Assembly (NCBI GenBank): GCA_965197725.1
Contig: CBDANQ010000054.1
Location: 38,823 to 102,822 of the forward strand
Reading direction: 5' to 3'
From: Longimicrobiales bacterium
GTDB taxonomy: Bacteria > Gemmatimonadota > Gemmatimonadetes > Longimicrobiales > Gaopeijiaceae
Length of the DNA: 64,000 nt
Of the stretch, positions 20,349-32,000 are shown one piece after another (the first letter of the stretch is position 1; the number at the start of each line of letters is the position of its first letter). The position numbers and the translations under genes are program-made. The notes below the pieces were generated by a model. It was given only the letters and a program-made list of their open reading frames with translations, searched no databases and was not told the origin of the DNA.

Positions 20349-21439
20349 GCCTGCTGCTTACCGGGTTCGGCACTTCGGTGCCCGAGCACGCGATCGCGCA
20401 GGCGGACGCTGCCGAGCTCGGCGCCCGCTTCGCCGCGCTGGACCCGAAGCGCGCGGCGACGGTCCGAGCGCTCTACCGGAAGGCCGGCGTGCGCAAGCGT
20501 CACAGCGTGCTGCTCGAGAGAGCCGAAGGCGCGCTGATGGACCGACAGTCGTTCTACGAGGAGGCTGTCAGCAGGGACGACCCCGGCCCGTCCACCGAGC
20601 TCCGGATGAGGCGCTACGAGGCCGACGCGCCCGCGCTCGCGGAGGTCGCCGCACGCGCGGCGCTTCGGGATGCCGCACTCGACGCGGGGGAGCTCACCCA
20701 CGTCGTGACGGTCTCGTGCACGGGCTTCTTCTCTCCGGGGCTCGACGCGGTGCTCGTCGACCGGCTGGGGCTCTCCCCTGGCGTCGAACGCACGCACATC
20801 GGCTTCATGGGGTGCCACGGCGCTCTCAACGGGCTGCGTGTGGCGTCGTCGTTCGCGGGCGCGAACCCGGACGCCCGGGTGCTCGTAGCAGCGGTGGAGC
20901 TGTGCACGCTGCACTTCGCCTACGGTCGGGACCCCCAACTCGTGGTGGCCAACGCGCTCTTCTCCGACGGTGCCGCCGCGGTGGTGGGCGTCTCCGACAG
21001 CGGCGACGACACGGGCGCGTGGCGGGTGCTCGCAAGCGGCACGCTACTCATACCCGATTCCACGGACGCGATGTCGTGGCGCATCGGCGACCACGGATTC
21101 CGCATGACGCTTTCGGCCACTGTACCCGACCTCATCGGAGCATACCTGTCGGGGTGGCTCGAGCAGTGGCTCGGTCAGCGTGGACTCGGCTTCGACGACG
21201 TGGCATCTTGGGCCGTGCACCCAGGGGGGCCGCGCATTCTGAGCGCGGTGGGCGACGCCCTCGGGCTGACGAACGGCGCGTTGGAGGTCTCACGCGACGT
21301 GCTCGCCGAATACGGCAACATGTCCTCGGCCACCGTGCTCTTCATCCTCGACGAGTTGCGTCGGCGCGATGCCCCGCGTCCGTGCGTGGCGCTGGCCTTC
21401 GGGCCGGGCCTCGTGGTCGAAGCGGTTCTGTTCGGCTGA
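20345..21439 (+). CDS. Type III polyketide synthase
   Basis: Intact triad GFMGCHG (Cys), AVHPGGP (His), YGNMSSA (Asn). Also VELCTLHF, LAFGPG. Confidence 0.95.
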   Translation: MSLLLTGFGTSVPEHAIAQADAAELGARFAALDPKRAATVRALYRKAGVRKRHSVLLERAEGALMDRQSFYEEAVSRDDPGPSTELRMRRYEADAPALAEVAARAALRDAALDAGELTHVVTVSCTGFFSPGLDAVLVDRLGLSPGVERTHIGFMGCHGALNGLRVASSFAGANPDARVLVAAVELCTLHFAYGRDPQLVVANALFSDGAAAVVGVSDSGDDTGAWRVLASGTLLIPDSTDAMSWRIGDHGFRMTLSATVPDLIGAYLSGWLEQWLGQRGLGFDDVASWAVHPGGPRILSAVGDALGLTNGALEVSRDVLAEYGNMSSATVLFILDELRRRDAPRPCVALAFGPGLVVEAVLFG

Positions 21440-21533
21440 GGCTGGTGGGCACGGTCGGCGTGGCGTGCGGAGCCGGCTGAGACTGCCGGACCGGCCTTGC
21501 GCCTCGGCAAAGCCGACCCGTAAGCTCGGCCCC

Positions 21534-22791
<1,258 letters not shown>

Positions 22792-22919
22792 CCGAACCTC
22801 CGCCTCGTCAAGCCGACAGCGAGAACGACGATCAACGGGATCGATTCCTGGTTAGACTCCAAGCCGCTCGGGCGCGGATGCGCATGTGCCCGAAACACCG
22901 CACTCCGTGAGCACACCGC

Positions 22920-23960
22920 ATGAAGATCGGACTCGTGGGCTTCGCCGGTTCGGGGAAGACCACCGTTTTCAACACGATGACCGGGCTCGACGTGCCGGTC
23001 GGATACGGCGGCGAAGTGCGCCTCGGGATCGTTCGGGTTCCGGACGAGCGCATCGACCGGCTCTCGCAGATCTTCTCGCCCAAGAAGACCACGTTCGCCG
23101 ACATCAGCTTTTGCGACGTGCCGGGGGAGCACGGAGCGGACAACAAGGGACTCTCGCGGCGAGGCCTCCAGCAGATCCGTGATCGGGATGCGCTGTGCCT
23201 CGTGTTACGCGACTTCGACAACCCCGCGCTCGAGGGAGGTCCCGACCCGCTCGGCGACCTCGATGCCTTTCACACCGAGTGTGTCTTCGCTGACCACCAG
23301 ATCGTCGAAAACCGTCTGGATCGTGCTCGGAAGGAGCGACTCGATCAGCGCGAGATCGCGGCCTTCGAGATCATGCTGTCTGCGCTCGAGAGTGAGCGGG
23401 CGCTGCGGTCGATCCCCGAAAGTGAGCTCGACCGGAAGTATCTCAAGGGCTTCGGGCTGCTGTCCGACCGCCCTCTGCTGGTGGCGCTGAACCACGCCGA
23501 AGGGCGGGCCGCCGAGCCGATGCCCGACGACCTAGCCGAACGCGTCGAGGAGCTACAGGCGGCCGGGCTGACTCTTTCCGCGAGTGTCGAAGCGGATATC
23601 GCAAGCATGGAGGCCGAGGATCAGGCCGAGTTTCTCTCTGATCTGGGACTCCCCGATGCTGCGATTGGGCGCTTCATCCGTGCGGCCTACGGCTTGCTCG
23701 ACCTCGTCTCCTTCTTCACGGTCTCAGAAGAAGAGGTCCGCGCCTGGACGATCCGACGTGGCACGAAAGCACTCCGCGCCGCCGGGAAGATCCACTCCGA
23801 CCTGGAGCGTGGGTTCATCTGCGCCGAGGTCACGCCATACGACGTGTTTATGGAGTACGGCACGGAGGGAGCGGTCAAGGACGCTGGGAAACTGCAGGTG
23901 GAGGGTAAGGATTACGTCGTGTCGGACGGAGATATCATGCGCGTCCGCTTCAACGTATAG
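22920..23960 (+). CDS. ychF: YchF-like OBG-family NTPase (divergent)
   Basis: P-loop GFAGSGKT, VPDERID, EVRAWTI, AGKIHSDLERGFI, EGKDYVVSDGD, FNV terminus. Confidence 0.85.
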   Translation: MKIGLVGFAGSGKTTVFNTMTGLDVPVGYGGEVRLGIVRVPDERIDRLSQIFSPKKTTFADISFCDVPGEHGADNKGLSRRGLQQIRDRDALCLVLRDFDNPALEGGPDPLGDLDAFHTECVFADHQIVENRLDRARKERLDQREIAAFEIMLSALESERALRSIPESELDRKYLKGFGLLSDRPLLVALNHAEGRAAEPMPDDLAERVEELQAAGLTLSASVEADIASMEAEDQAEFLSDLGLPDAAIGRFIRAAYGLLDLVSFFTVSEEEVRAWTIRRGTKALRAAGKIHSDLERGFICAEVTPYDVFMEYGTEGAVKDAGKLQVEGKDYVVSDGDIMRVRFNV

Positions 23961-24006
23961 GAGGCATGGTGACTCATCACGCGCAGCGAGGGCCAAACGG
24001 CCGATC

Positions 24007-25422
24007 CTAGGAGCTCGTCCGCATGAGAGCCTCCACCTCGTCGATCTGTCGAGGCGCCCCGGCCGACAGGATCACCGGATCCCCATCTGTGACGAGCACA
24101 TCATCTTCGATGCGAACACCGATGTTCCACCACTTCGGGTCGATGTCCTCGGCGGCAGGGATGTAGATGCCCGGTTCGATCGTAACGACCTCGCCAGGGC
24201 GGAGCGGTCCGTAGCTACCCACGTCGTGCACGTCGAGCCCGAGGTAATGGCTGGTCCCGTGCATGAAGAAGCGACGCAGCCCGCCCTGGTCGGCGGCGCT
24301 CGAGATCAGCCCGAGGTCCGCCAGCCCTTTTGCAAGCACACGCGATGCCTCGCGGTTCGAGGCAAAGAACGGGTTGCCGGCCCGTGTTGCTTGGATGCCG
24401 GCTTCCTGAGCGCGGTAGACGAGCTCGTAGATCGCGCGCTGCTCGGGTGAATAGGTGCCGCTCACTGGAATCGTGCGTGTCACGTCGGCCGAGTAGCCGT
24501 GGACTTCAGCTCCGATATCGATGACGACCACATCACCCGCCTCGGTGACCCGCCGGTTCGTGATGTAGTGCAAGATGGTCGAGTTCTCGCCGCTGCCGAC
24601 GATGCTGTTGAAGCCAGGCTGCTCGGAGCCGTTGCGTTTGAACGTGTATTCGACGAGCGCCTCGATCTCGTACTCGGCCCACCCTGCCTTCACCTGCCGC
24701 ATGACCTCGCGGTGCGCCTCGGCGGTGATGTCGATCGCGCGCCGCAACGCGGTCATCTCCTCATCGGACTTGATCGCACGCAGTTCGTCCAGGAGTCCTC
24801 GGAGCGGTGTGGCACCACTGGTACCGCCCCCAGCTAGCGCCTCCGGATCCACGTTGTCGATCAACGCGGTGAGCTGGTCACGCAGCGCTGATCGTTCAGG
24901 GACTCCGTCGGGAAAACCGAGGTGGTAAACACGGTGCTGCCCAGTCCGCAGCAAAGGCACCAAGACCTCGCTGAAGCGCGTCGCCTCGAAGGCGAGCTGC
25001 ACTCCGAGCCGCCGCATAGCGCGCTCTGCACCGAATCGGCGCCCGTCCCATACCTCGCGCGCGGGATCGCGCGGTGGCACGAACAGGATTTCGTGCACGC
25101 GCTCGCCGTCCACTTTCAGCCCCCCCGATGCCATGATCAACGCAGAGCCAGGCTCCTCGCTTCCGGTGAGGTAGAGGAAATCGCTCGCCTGACGGTACTC
25201 GTAGTCCACGTCGCCGTTGCGATTCCGCACTGGCGCCCCGAAGAGCACGACGAGCGAGTTGCCTGGGAGTTGCGCCAACACCGCAGCACGGCGACTGCGA
25301 TGAAAGTCGGCACTCAGGTAGTCCTCGTCGTAGCGAACGGGGGCCTCGACCTCTTGTGCCGGCAGCGCGGCCGGCAGAGAGATGGCCCAGAGCAAAAGCG
25401 TAGTGGTGGCGAGCCGCCGCAT
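24007..25422 (-). CDS. Xaa-Pro aminopeptidase (M24) with signal peptide
   Basis: YRQASDFLYLTG, DIGAE..GYSADVTRT, HGTSHYLGLDVHD, EPGIY, GVRIEDD. Confidence 0.92.
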   Translation of the reverse strand: MRRLATTTLLLWAISLPAALPAQEVEAPVRYDEDYLSADFHRSRRAAVLAQLPGNSLVVLFGAPVRNRNGDVDYEYRQASDFLYLTGSEEPGSALIMASGGLKVDGERVHEILFVPPRDPAREVWDGRRFGAERAMRRLGVQLAFEATRFSEVLVPLLRTGQHRVYHLGFPDGVPERSALRDQLTALIDNVDPEALAGGGTSGATPLRGLLDELRAIKSDEEMTALRRAIDITAEAHREVMRQVKAGWAEYEIEALVEYTFKRNGSEQPGFNSIVGSGENSTILHYITNRRVTEAGDVVVIDIGAEVHGYSADVTRTIPVSGTYSPEQRAIYELVYRAQEAGIQATRAGNPFFASNREASRVLAKGLADLGLISSAADQGGLRRFFMHGTSHYLGLDVHDVGSYGPLRPGEVVTIEPGIYIPAAEDIDPKWWNIGVRIEDDVLVTDGDPVILSAGAPRQIDEVEALMRTSS

Positions 25423-25527
25423 ATCGATCCGTCGGTAGTGTCCTGGTTGGGTTGAAGCACATCCTACCGGGGACGAACCCTTTCCGTCCACCCCCCTCCT
25501 CTCGCAAATTGCCAAAGCGCAACCGTC

Positions 25528-25707
25528 ATGCACCGGATCAAGGGGGACCTCGACATGTACATCAGCCGGCTGGCCGACGCCGGGGTTCGTGTGGGTCGCC
25601 CGTTCCCGCCCATGCTCGAGTCGCGTCGCATCTCGTTCGGACTGCCGGAGGAGCAAGACCCTCGGGCGACGACGCTGAAGGGCTTCCGGGCGAAGGGCTG
25701 GGTCTAG
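25528..25707 (+). pseudogene. C-terminal remnant of a class I/II (HisC-like) aminotransferase
   Basis: Hand translation gives MHRIKGDLDMYISRLADAGVRVGRPFPPMLESRRISFGLPEE...FRAKGWV, matching the RISxGxPEE C-terminal pattern. Confidence 0.55.
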
Positions 25708-25720
25708 CAAACCTCACCCT

Positions 25721-26173
25721 GTGGCAGAACCGCGAATCGAGGACTGGCCCGACCCGCCTGCCATGGACGTGGGCTCACCAGAGCCTGCGGTGTACGAAAA
25801 CCGTGGGACCGCTTGGGTCGCGTATCGATGCCACAACGCGGACTTCCCTGGAGTGGGATCGGGCGCCAGCCCCAATCATCCTGGCTTCGACGAGTACTGC
25901 GCGGTCCTGAGGTTCACGGGAGTCGAGTCGCTGACGCTCGGGCCCCCAGGAGACGAGCGACTCCACGAGCATCCGCTCCACGATGCCGGCCTGCAGCCGC
26001 ACTCGTTCCACGTCGTCGAAGACTCGGACGAGGCGACCGCGGGCGAGACGGCGCACTGGCTCGTGACGTTCCACGACGAAACGCTCGAGGTCATCTCCGA
26101 GGACGCGGACGTACTCGAGCCGAGAGTCGACGTGAACTCGCCTGAGCAGGCGCTCTCCCAGGTAGGTAGGTAG
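25721..26173 (+). CDS. Hypothetical protein
   Basis: 150-aa ORF with protein-like composition and motifs GPPGDERLHEHPL and VTFHDETLE. Confidence 0.65.
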   Translation: MAEPRIEDWPDPPAMDVGSPEPAVYENRGTAWVAYRCHNADFPGVGSGASPNHPGFDEYCAVLRFTGVESLTLGPPGDERLHEHPLHDAGLQPHSFHVVEDSDEATAGETAHWLVTFHDETLEVISEDADVLEPRVDVNSPEQALSQVGR

Positions 26174-26245
26174 CGCGAACTGACGGCCCTGGCGAAAACC
26201 AGGGGGGATCGGTCTCTTCCGGCGACCATGTAGCGGGAGCTTGGC

Positions 26246-27037
26246 ATGACTGGCAGCGTCGAAGCGCAAGCGGGACTCGAAGGGGTGCTCAAGGACGAAA
26301 TCATCCGCATGTACCAGGACGTCGCGGACAATCCAGAGGGCGAGTTCCACTTCTTCCACGGGCGCCAGGCCGCGGAGATGTTCGCGTACGACGCGCGCTG
26401 GCTCGACGAAGCGCCCGAGGGTGCCGTCGCATCCTTTGCTGGCGTCGGCAATCCCCACTTACGTAGCGACGTGCAGCCCGGGGAGACCGTGCTCGACCTG
26501 GGTAGCGGCGCGGGACTCGACGCGATCATCGCCGCGCGTAGCACGGGCCCCACCGGCAAGGTCATCGGCGTCGATCTCAATCCGTCGATGTGCTTGAAGG
26601 CACAGGCCCACGCTGCCGCAACCGGCTCGGAGATGGAGTGCCATGAAGGCCGGATGGAGAGCATCCCGCTGACGGAGGAGTCTGTCGACGTGGTTATCTC
26701 CAACGGCGTCATCAATCTGTCCTTCCAGAAGCGGAAAGTGGTCGAAGAGATGTTTCGCGTCCTCAGGCCGGGCGGGCGGATCTCGATCGCCGACATCGTG
26801 AGCGCGAAGCAGCTGTCCCAGTCGATCGTGAACGACCCCAAGTTGTGGGCGGCCTGAATCGGAGGTGCTCTCCTGGAAGGGGAGATGTTCAGGCTGCTCG
26901 AAGAGTGCGGGTTCCAGCGCGTTCGTGCGGCGGTGGTACCGAACTTTCGGTTCCGCAAGATCGCGACGCAGAACTCGGCGGAGGCGTACGGGGTCAAGGC
27001 AGTGATGATGACCGCGGAGAAGCCCCGCGGCGACTGA
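26246..27037 (+). CDS. ArsM-like SAM methyltransferase, predicted selenoprotein (UGA at 26855-26857), 263 aa
   Basis: VLDLGSGAGLD, VISNGVINL, VLRPGGR. Reads WAA-TGA-IGGAL where ArsM has WxxCxxGAL, then 59 more sense codons to TGA at 27035-27037. Confidence 0.88.
26852..26894 (+). promoter_or_regulatory. Bacterial SECIS-like stem-loop
   Basis: Upper stem CTCTCCT/AGGGGAG with GGA loop 17 nt after the UGA. Lower stem GCCTGAA/TTCAGGC includes the UGA. Confidence 0.72.
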
Positions 27038-27068
27038 GGTGGAGTCACGCCACATTGGAAGGAACCGA

Positions 27069-27431
27069 ATGAGAGTAATCGCTCAAACCACTCGGCCCCC
27101 AAACCCCGCGGATCCCTCGAACTTCGTGCTGCCGGCCCGGATGCAGCCCATAGTGGGCCCGGACGACGATCTTCCGGTACGGCTCTACCGGGTCACGTTC
27201 GACGAAGGCGCGCGAACCCACTGGCACACGCACGACGACGTTCAGCTACTCTTCGGCCTGAGCGGTCGGTGCGTGGTCGTCAACCGTGACGGGGAGGAGC
27301 TGTTCCTCGACCCCGGAGACGTCGTCGCAATCGATCCCGGCGACGAGCACTGGCACGGCGCCGCCCCGGGCACCAGTGGTGAGCACCTCGCCATCAACGT
27401 GGGTCAGGTAACGACCTGGCTGGGCCTCTAG
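27069..27431 (+). CDS. Cupin domain protein
   Basis: VTFDEGARTHWHTH and GDEHWHGA motifs. Confidence 0.88.
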   Translation: MRVIAQTTRPPNPADPSNFVLPARMQPIVGPDDDLPVRLYRVTFDEGARTHWHTHDDVQLLFGLSGRCVVVNRDGEELFLDPGDVVAIDPGDEHWHGAAPGTSGEHLAINVGQVTTWLGL

Positions 27432-27461
27432 CGGATCACCGCCGCCAAGGATGGATACAGC

Positions 27462-28019
27462 TCAAGCCGGATGGCTCATTTGTGACCACAGCTCCGACAG
27501 ATTGGCCGACACATCCTGCATCGCCTGGATCGCGATCGCATCGAGCCTCTGAGCCACTCCGGGTCCGATGAGCCCCGTGAGGAAACGAGCCGGATAGTCC
27601 AGGTCCCAGTCGAGGAACGCCTCTGGCCCCTTGTCGAGGTTCTCCAGAATCCGGATGACCAGGTACGAGTCGTCGAGCAAGCCTGCGAGACCCAACGTCA
27701 TCTCCGGAAGCAGATCCACCGGTTGCAGATAGTAGTTCTCGGCGAGATCGAGCAGCGGGTTCACGACCGACCCGAGCTTCCGAGCCTGCGCCTCCTGACG
27801 CGCGCGGGCCAGGAAGATCGGGATCGATTCGATGATCTCGAGCGCGACGTCGGCAGCCTCCGCGACCTCGGACTCTTCGGACTCGGGTAGCTTCTCGGTG
27901 ATGAACTTCCTGAGTGCCTCGATTCCACCCCGAGCCTTGGCGCTCTCGATGACGGCCAGGATGTCCGGCAACGCGCCGGTGACTACCTGACCGTCTTTCC
28001 GTGCCTCATCGGGCTGCAT
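27462..28019 (-). CDS. Hypothetical protein with DUF1232/YkvA-like motif
   Basis: YYLQPVDLLPE..LGLAGLLDD. Confidence 0.6.
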   Translation of the reverse strand: MQPDEARKDGQVVTGALPDILAVIESAKARGGIEALRKFITEKLPESEESEVAEAADVALEIIESIPIFLARARQEAQARKLGSVVNPLLDLAENYYLQPVDLLPEMTLGLAGLLDDSYLVIRILENLDKGPEAFLDWDLDYPARFLTGLIGPGVAQRLDAIAIQAMQDVSANLSELWSQMSHPA

Positions 28020-28076
28020 GAAATGCCTATCCTTTGCGTGACGAAAGAGTACGTCGATCCGGGGATGGAAGGTGGC

Positions 28077-28154
28077 CTACTCTCCCCCTCCTCGATAGAC
28101 CACCTCTCCTACGATGGCATACACTATTTCGGTGTTCGGGATCGCGTCCTCATC
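28077..28154 (-). pseudogene. C-terminal remnant of an amidohydrolase (YtcJ-like)
   Basis: DEDAIPNTEIVYAIVGEVVYRGGGE-stop resembles the terminal TIVGGxVVY strand. Confidence 0.45.
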
Positions 28155-28248
28155 CAGCCTCCCGCATGCGCTGGCTTCCACGCTTGCCGCAGCGGCCTCG
28201 GACACAGACCTTGCGACGTCGATCAGCCACGTTTCGGCCCCACAAACC

Positions 28249-29013
28249 ATGTCCCCCAACGCACTTGGCCGGCTCCTGATCGTATTGGGCGTGTTTTTCG
28301 GAGCCGCCGCGTCGCCTGGCCACCCCCAGGACGCCCCCAACCTCTGGCGCTCCCAACTCGAGTTAGGCTTCAACGGTTCGTCCGGTAATAGCTCCTTCGG
28401 GATTCTCCGTACAGGAGGATCACTAAGTCGAATCCAGACAGAGGTTTACGAGTTCGAGATTTCGGCGCTCGTGCGCTACGGCAAGAGTGAGGACCGCGTG
28501 ATCGCGGACGACGTTCGCAGTACCATCAAACTCGATTGGAAACCAAATGCGGACTTCTCGCCCTTCACGTACGTATCGGCGAGCCGAGACCGGATTCGGA
28601 AGCTCGACGCAAAGGTCGACGGGGGCCTCGGGGCGAAGTGGACGTTCTTCCACGGCGCCCAAGCCAGAAGCAAGGCGTCGTTGAGCCTTGGTGGCCTCCT
28701 CGAGTACGAGGACTTCCGACTCGAGGCCGGCTCGACGGAAGAGGAGACGCAAAGGACGGTTCGCTGGAGCGCCCGGTTCGAGTTCGATCACGCGTTCGCG
28801 TCCGGAACAAGCTTCCAGCACGTTACGTTCTGGCAACCGCAGATCGACGGGTTCTCAGATTACGTCGTCGAGATGTCCAACTCCGTCTCCACACGTCTCA
28901 CGTCGAAATTGTCCCTAGCGATCCAGCACGAGTACCTCCACGACGAGATTCCCCCGCCCGGAGCCGAGCCCAACGACCAGAAATTCTCCGTTGTGCTGCG
29001 AGTGAGCCTTTGA
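28249..29013 (+). CDS. DUF481 outer-membrane beta-barrel protein
   Basis: Signal peptide, ELGFNGSSGNS, alternating beta strands. Confidence 0.75.
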   Translation: MSPNALGRLLIVLGVFFGAAASPGHPQDAPNLWRSQLELGFNGSSGNSSFGILRTGGSLSRIQTEVYEFEISALVRYGKSEDRVIADDVRSTIKLDWKPNADFSPFTYVSASRDRIRKLDAKVDGGLGAKWTFFHGAQARSKASLSLGGLLEYEDFRLEAGSTEEETQRTVRWSARFEFDHAFASGTSFQHVTFWQPQIDGFSDYVVEMSNSVSTRLTSKLSLAIQHEYLHDEIPPPGAEPNDQKFSVVLRVSL

Positions 29014-29032
29014 CTTCCCGAAGACTCCGTCC

Positions 29033-32000
29033 TTGAGCAAACTCACACGGGTCCTCAACCTGCGAGACGGCGAGGGCCGCACTCTCGCTGTGATGGCGGC
29101 GTTCTTTATTTGTCAACACCGCCAACACCACCGTCATCTCGGCGGCGAAGAACGGACTCTTCCTCTCCGAGTATCCAAGCGACCTGATTCCGTACGCGAT
29201 CATCGCGGCCGCTCTGCTCACGGCGGTGGTCGCGATCGTGTTCGCCGGCGTAAGCTCCGGCACAGGGCACCGCAAGCTCGCCCTCGGCCTCACCATCGTG
29301 CTCGGCGCGTCGCTCATCGGCTCCCGGATCTCCTTCATGGTCGATCCGAGAAGCGCGTTCGTCCTGTATCTCTGGCTCTCCGCCGTCCAGGTTCTGATCG
29401 TCACCCACTCATGGAGCTACGTCGGCGCCCTGCTCAGCGGCAGACAAGCTAAGCGGCTGCTCCCGCTCATCGGGATGGGTGCCTCGGTGGGCGCCATCAT
29501 CGGTGGCGCGAGTGTGGCACCGGCCGCGTATCGTTTCGGGACGTCGCACCTTCTCGTCATCTCCGCGGTGCTTCTCGCGATCGCGCTGCCGCTCCTCTGG
29601 CTCGTACCAGAGCCCGGTCGGGACGACGACGAGGCACAGGAAGACGAGGGCGCGGTCCGCACCTTTGTGGCCGGAGTGAGCCGAGGGTTCCGATCGCTCA
29701 GCGAGGAGAGGCTGTTGCGGCTACTCGCCTTCGGCCTGATCACTCTGACGCTCGCCGGAACGCTGATCGACCTCCAACTCAAGCTCACGCTCAACGCGAC
29801 GTACGAGGGTGACGCTATCGCGGCAGTCTACGGGTACATATCCGTGGCGGTCGGCGTCGGCACTCTGCTGCTACAGCTGTGGGCGTCCCGGGTTCTGTTC
29901 CCGAAGCTCGGCGTCTCGTTCGCCGCCATGATGCAGGGCGGGACACTCGCCGTCGCCTCGGGCGGCGTGGCCGTGGCCGGCGGGGTGTGGGCGGCCGGCG
30001 GGGTGTGGGCACTCGCGGGACTACAGTCGCTCGATGACATCCTCCAACACAGCTTGCAAAAGCCGGTCGAGCAGGTTTCACTCCTTCCCTTCCCGAGAAA
30101 AGTGAAGAGCGCCGCACTCGCCACTCTGGGTGGCGTCCTGCGTCCACTCTCGAAGGCCGCGGCCGGTATCATTGCCGTCGTGTTCGCATCGCGGGCCGAT
30201 CTCCTGCCGGTCGTAACCGTGATCTCAGCGGCGAGCGCGTTCTTCATCTACACGCGGCACCGTACGGCGTATATGAGCGCACTCGAGGGGGCGCTCACGA
30301 GGCACGCGGTCGATTTCAGAAGCACGGGAAACACACCGCTCATCATCGAGCGCGAGGCGCTCGCTGTCATTGACCGGGGACTCGAAGATCCGGACCCGAC
30401 AGTGGTCGTTTTTGCAACTTCGCTGCTGGAGCAACTTCCCATTGAGGACGCAGCTCCACGCGCTACGGGCCTCCTTTCGCACGATGTGCCGGAGGTACGG
30501 GCGGAGGCGGCGCTGGTACTCGGCCGCATGGATCATGGGGAAGACGATTTCGCGGGCGTGGCGATCGGCGAGCGCCTGGTGCGTGAGGAGGAACCACTCG
30601 CGCTCGCGGCGCTGCTCACCGCGGCAGGCACCATCCCGGGTTTGGAGCCGCACCTCGTGGAGGCCTTTCTAGGCCATCCAGATCCCGCCGTTCGGCGCGC
30701 GTGCCTCGTCGCCCTGGGTCAGCTTGGGCCAGAGATCAACGCACAGCTGTCGGTGTTGCTGACATCGGATGTGTCCGAAGACCGAGCAGTGGCGGCAGGT
30801 GTAGTAGGAGATCTTGGGATCGAGGAGCTGATGGCCGATGTCGCGGACGTCGTCGAGGACCTGCACGCACGGCCCGCGGCGCTGCAGGCGCTCGCCCAAT
30901 TGGGTCGGCCCGCTGTCATGGCGATGTCGGCTCTGCTCGATCGTCGCGAGCTTCCCCTGCCGACGCGGCGAACCGTCATTACTGCCCTCTCGACCATCGA
31001 TGGCCCGGAGGCGCGGGATGCGCTGCTCGCCCTCGTGGAGGAACCCGCGCTCGGGCCGGCCGCCCTGACCTCCCTGCGCCGCATGCGCCTCGCGGGCCAG
31101 ATCGGCGCGATCAAACCCGCGCGGTTGCGAACCATTCTGGAGATCGAGATTGGACGGGGACTCCGTTACTCGCTCGCCGCCGGCCGGCTCCGGAGGAACG
31201 GGAGTGAAGGCAGACATCCGTTCGTGGCGCAGGAGTTCGAGGAGCTGAGTGTTCGATCGGTACATCGAGTACTCCGCATCCTGTCGCTTTCCTACGACCA
31301 CTCTCGAGTCGCGACAGTCTTGTCCGCGATCTTCAGCAAGGACGCCGCCGGGCGCAACAACGCACTCGAGCTTCTCGAGGGCACCATTTCGAGCGAGAGC
31401 GGCAGCGAGGTGATGCCGTTCATGGAGGCAACCGCCGACGGTTTCGCGGTCGGCCGCGTGGCCGAACTCCTGCCTGAAGCGGCATCTCTGCTCGCAAATC
31501 CCGGCGAAGCGCTGCTGAGGGAAACCGATTGGTGGCCCCGCGCACTCGGCCTGCATTTACTCGGCCGCGATGGTGAGATTCATGCGCCGGGTCGATCCAA
31601 GACTTCCAAAACAGAGGATGCAACGATGATCCCCTTGATCGAGAAAGTGATGATCCTCAAGGGATCCCAACTCTTCCGCAACTTCCCCGGACCGGACCTG
31701 GCCGGCATCGCTTCGCTGGCGGATGTGGTTCACCTGCAATCCGATGACGTGGTGTTCGAACAGGGCGACGAGGGAGACGCGTTCTACATGGTGGTTCGCG
31801 GAGGTATCCGGATTACACGCGGCGCAGTCGAGCTGGCGGTGCTCGGCTCGCGCGAGGGCTTCGGGGAGATGGCGATCCTGGATCAGGAAACACGCTCCGC
31901 GACAGCCACGGCAGCGGAAGCGACCACACTGCTGCGCATCGACCAGGAGTCGTTCGATCGGCTGATCGAACAGAATCCCGCCGTCGCGCGGGGCGTCTAC

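Noticed and set aside
18872..21439. 855-aa oxidoreductase-PKS fusion in the ORF track
   Set aside because: Artefact of the frameshift near 19965. The oxidoreductase C-terminus is in another frame and the PKS has its own ATG at 20345.
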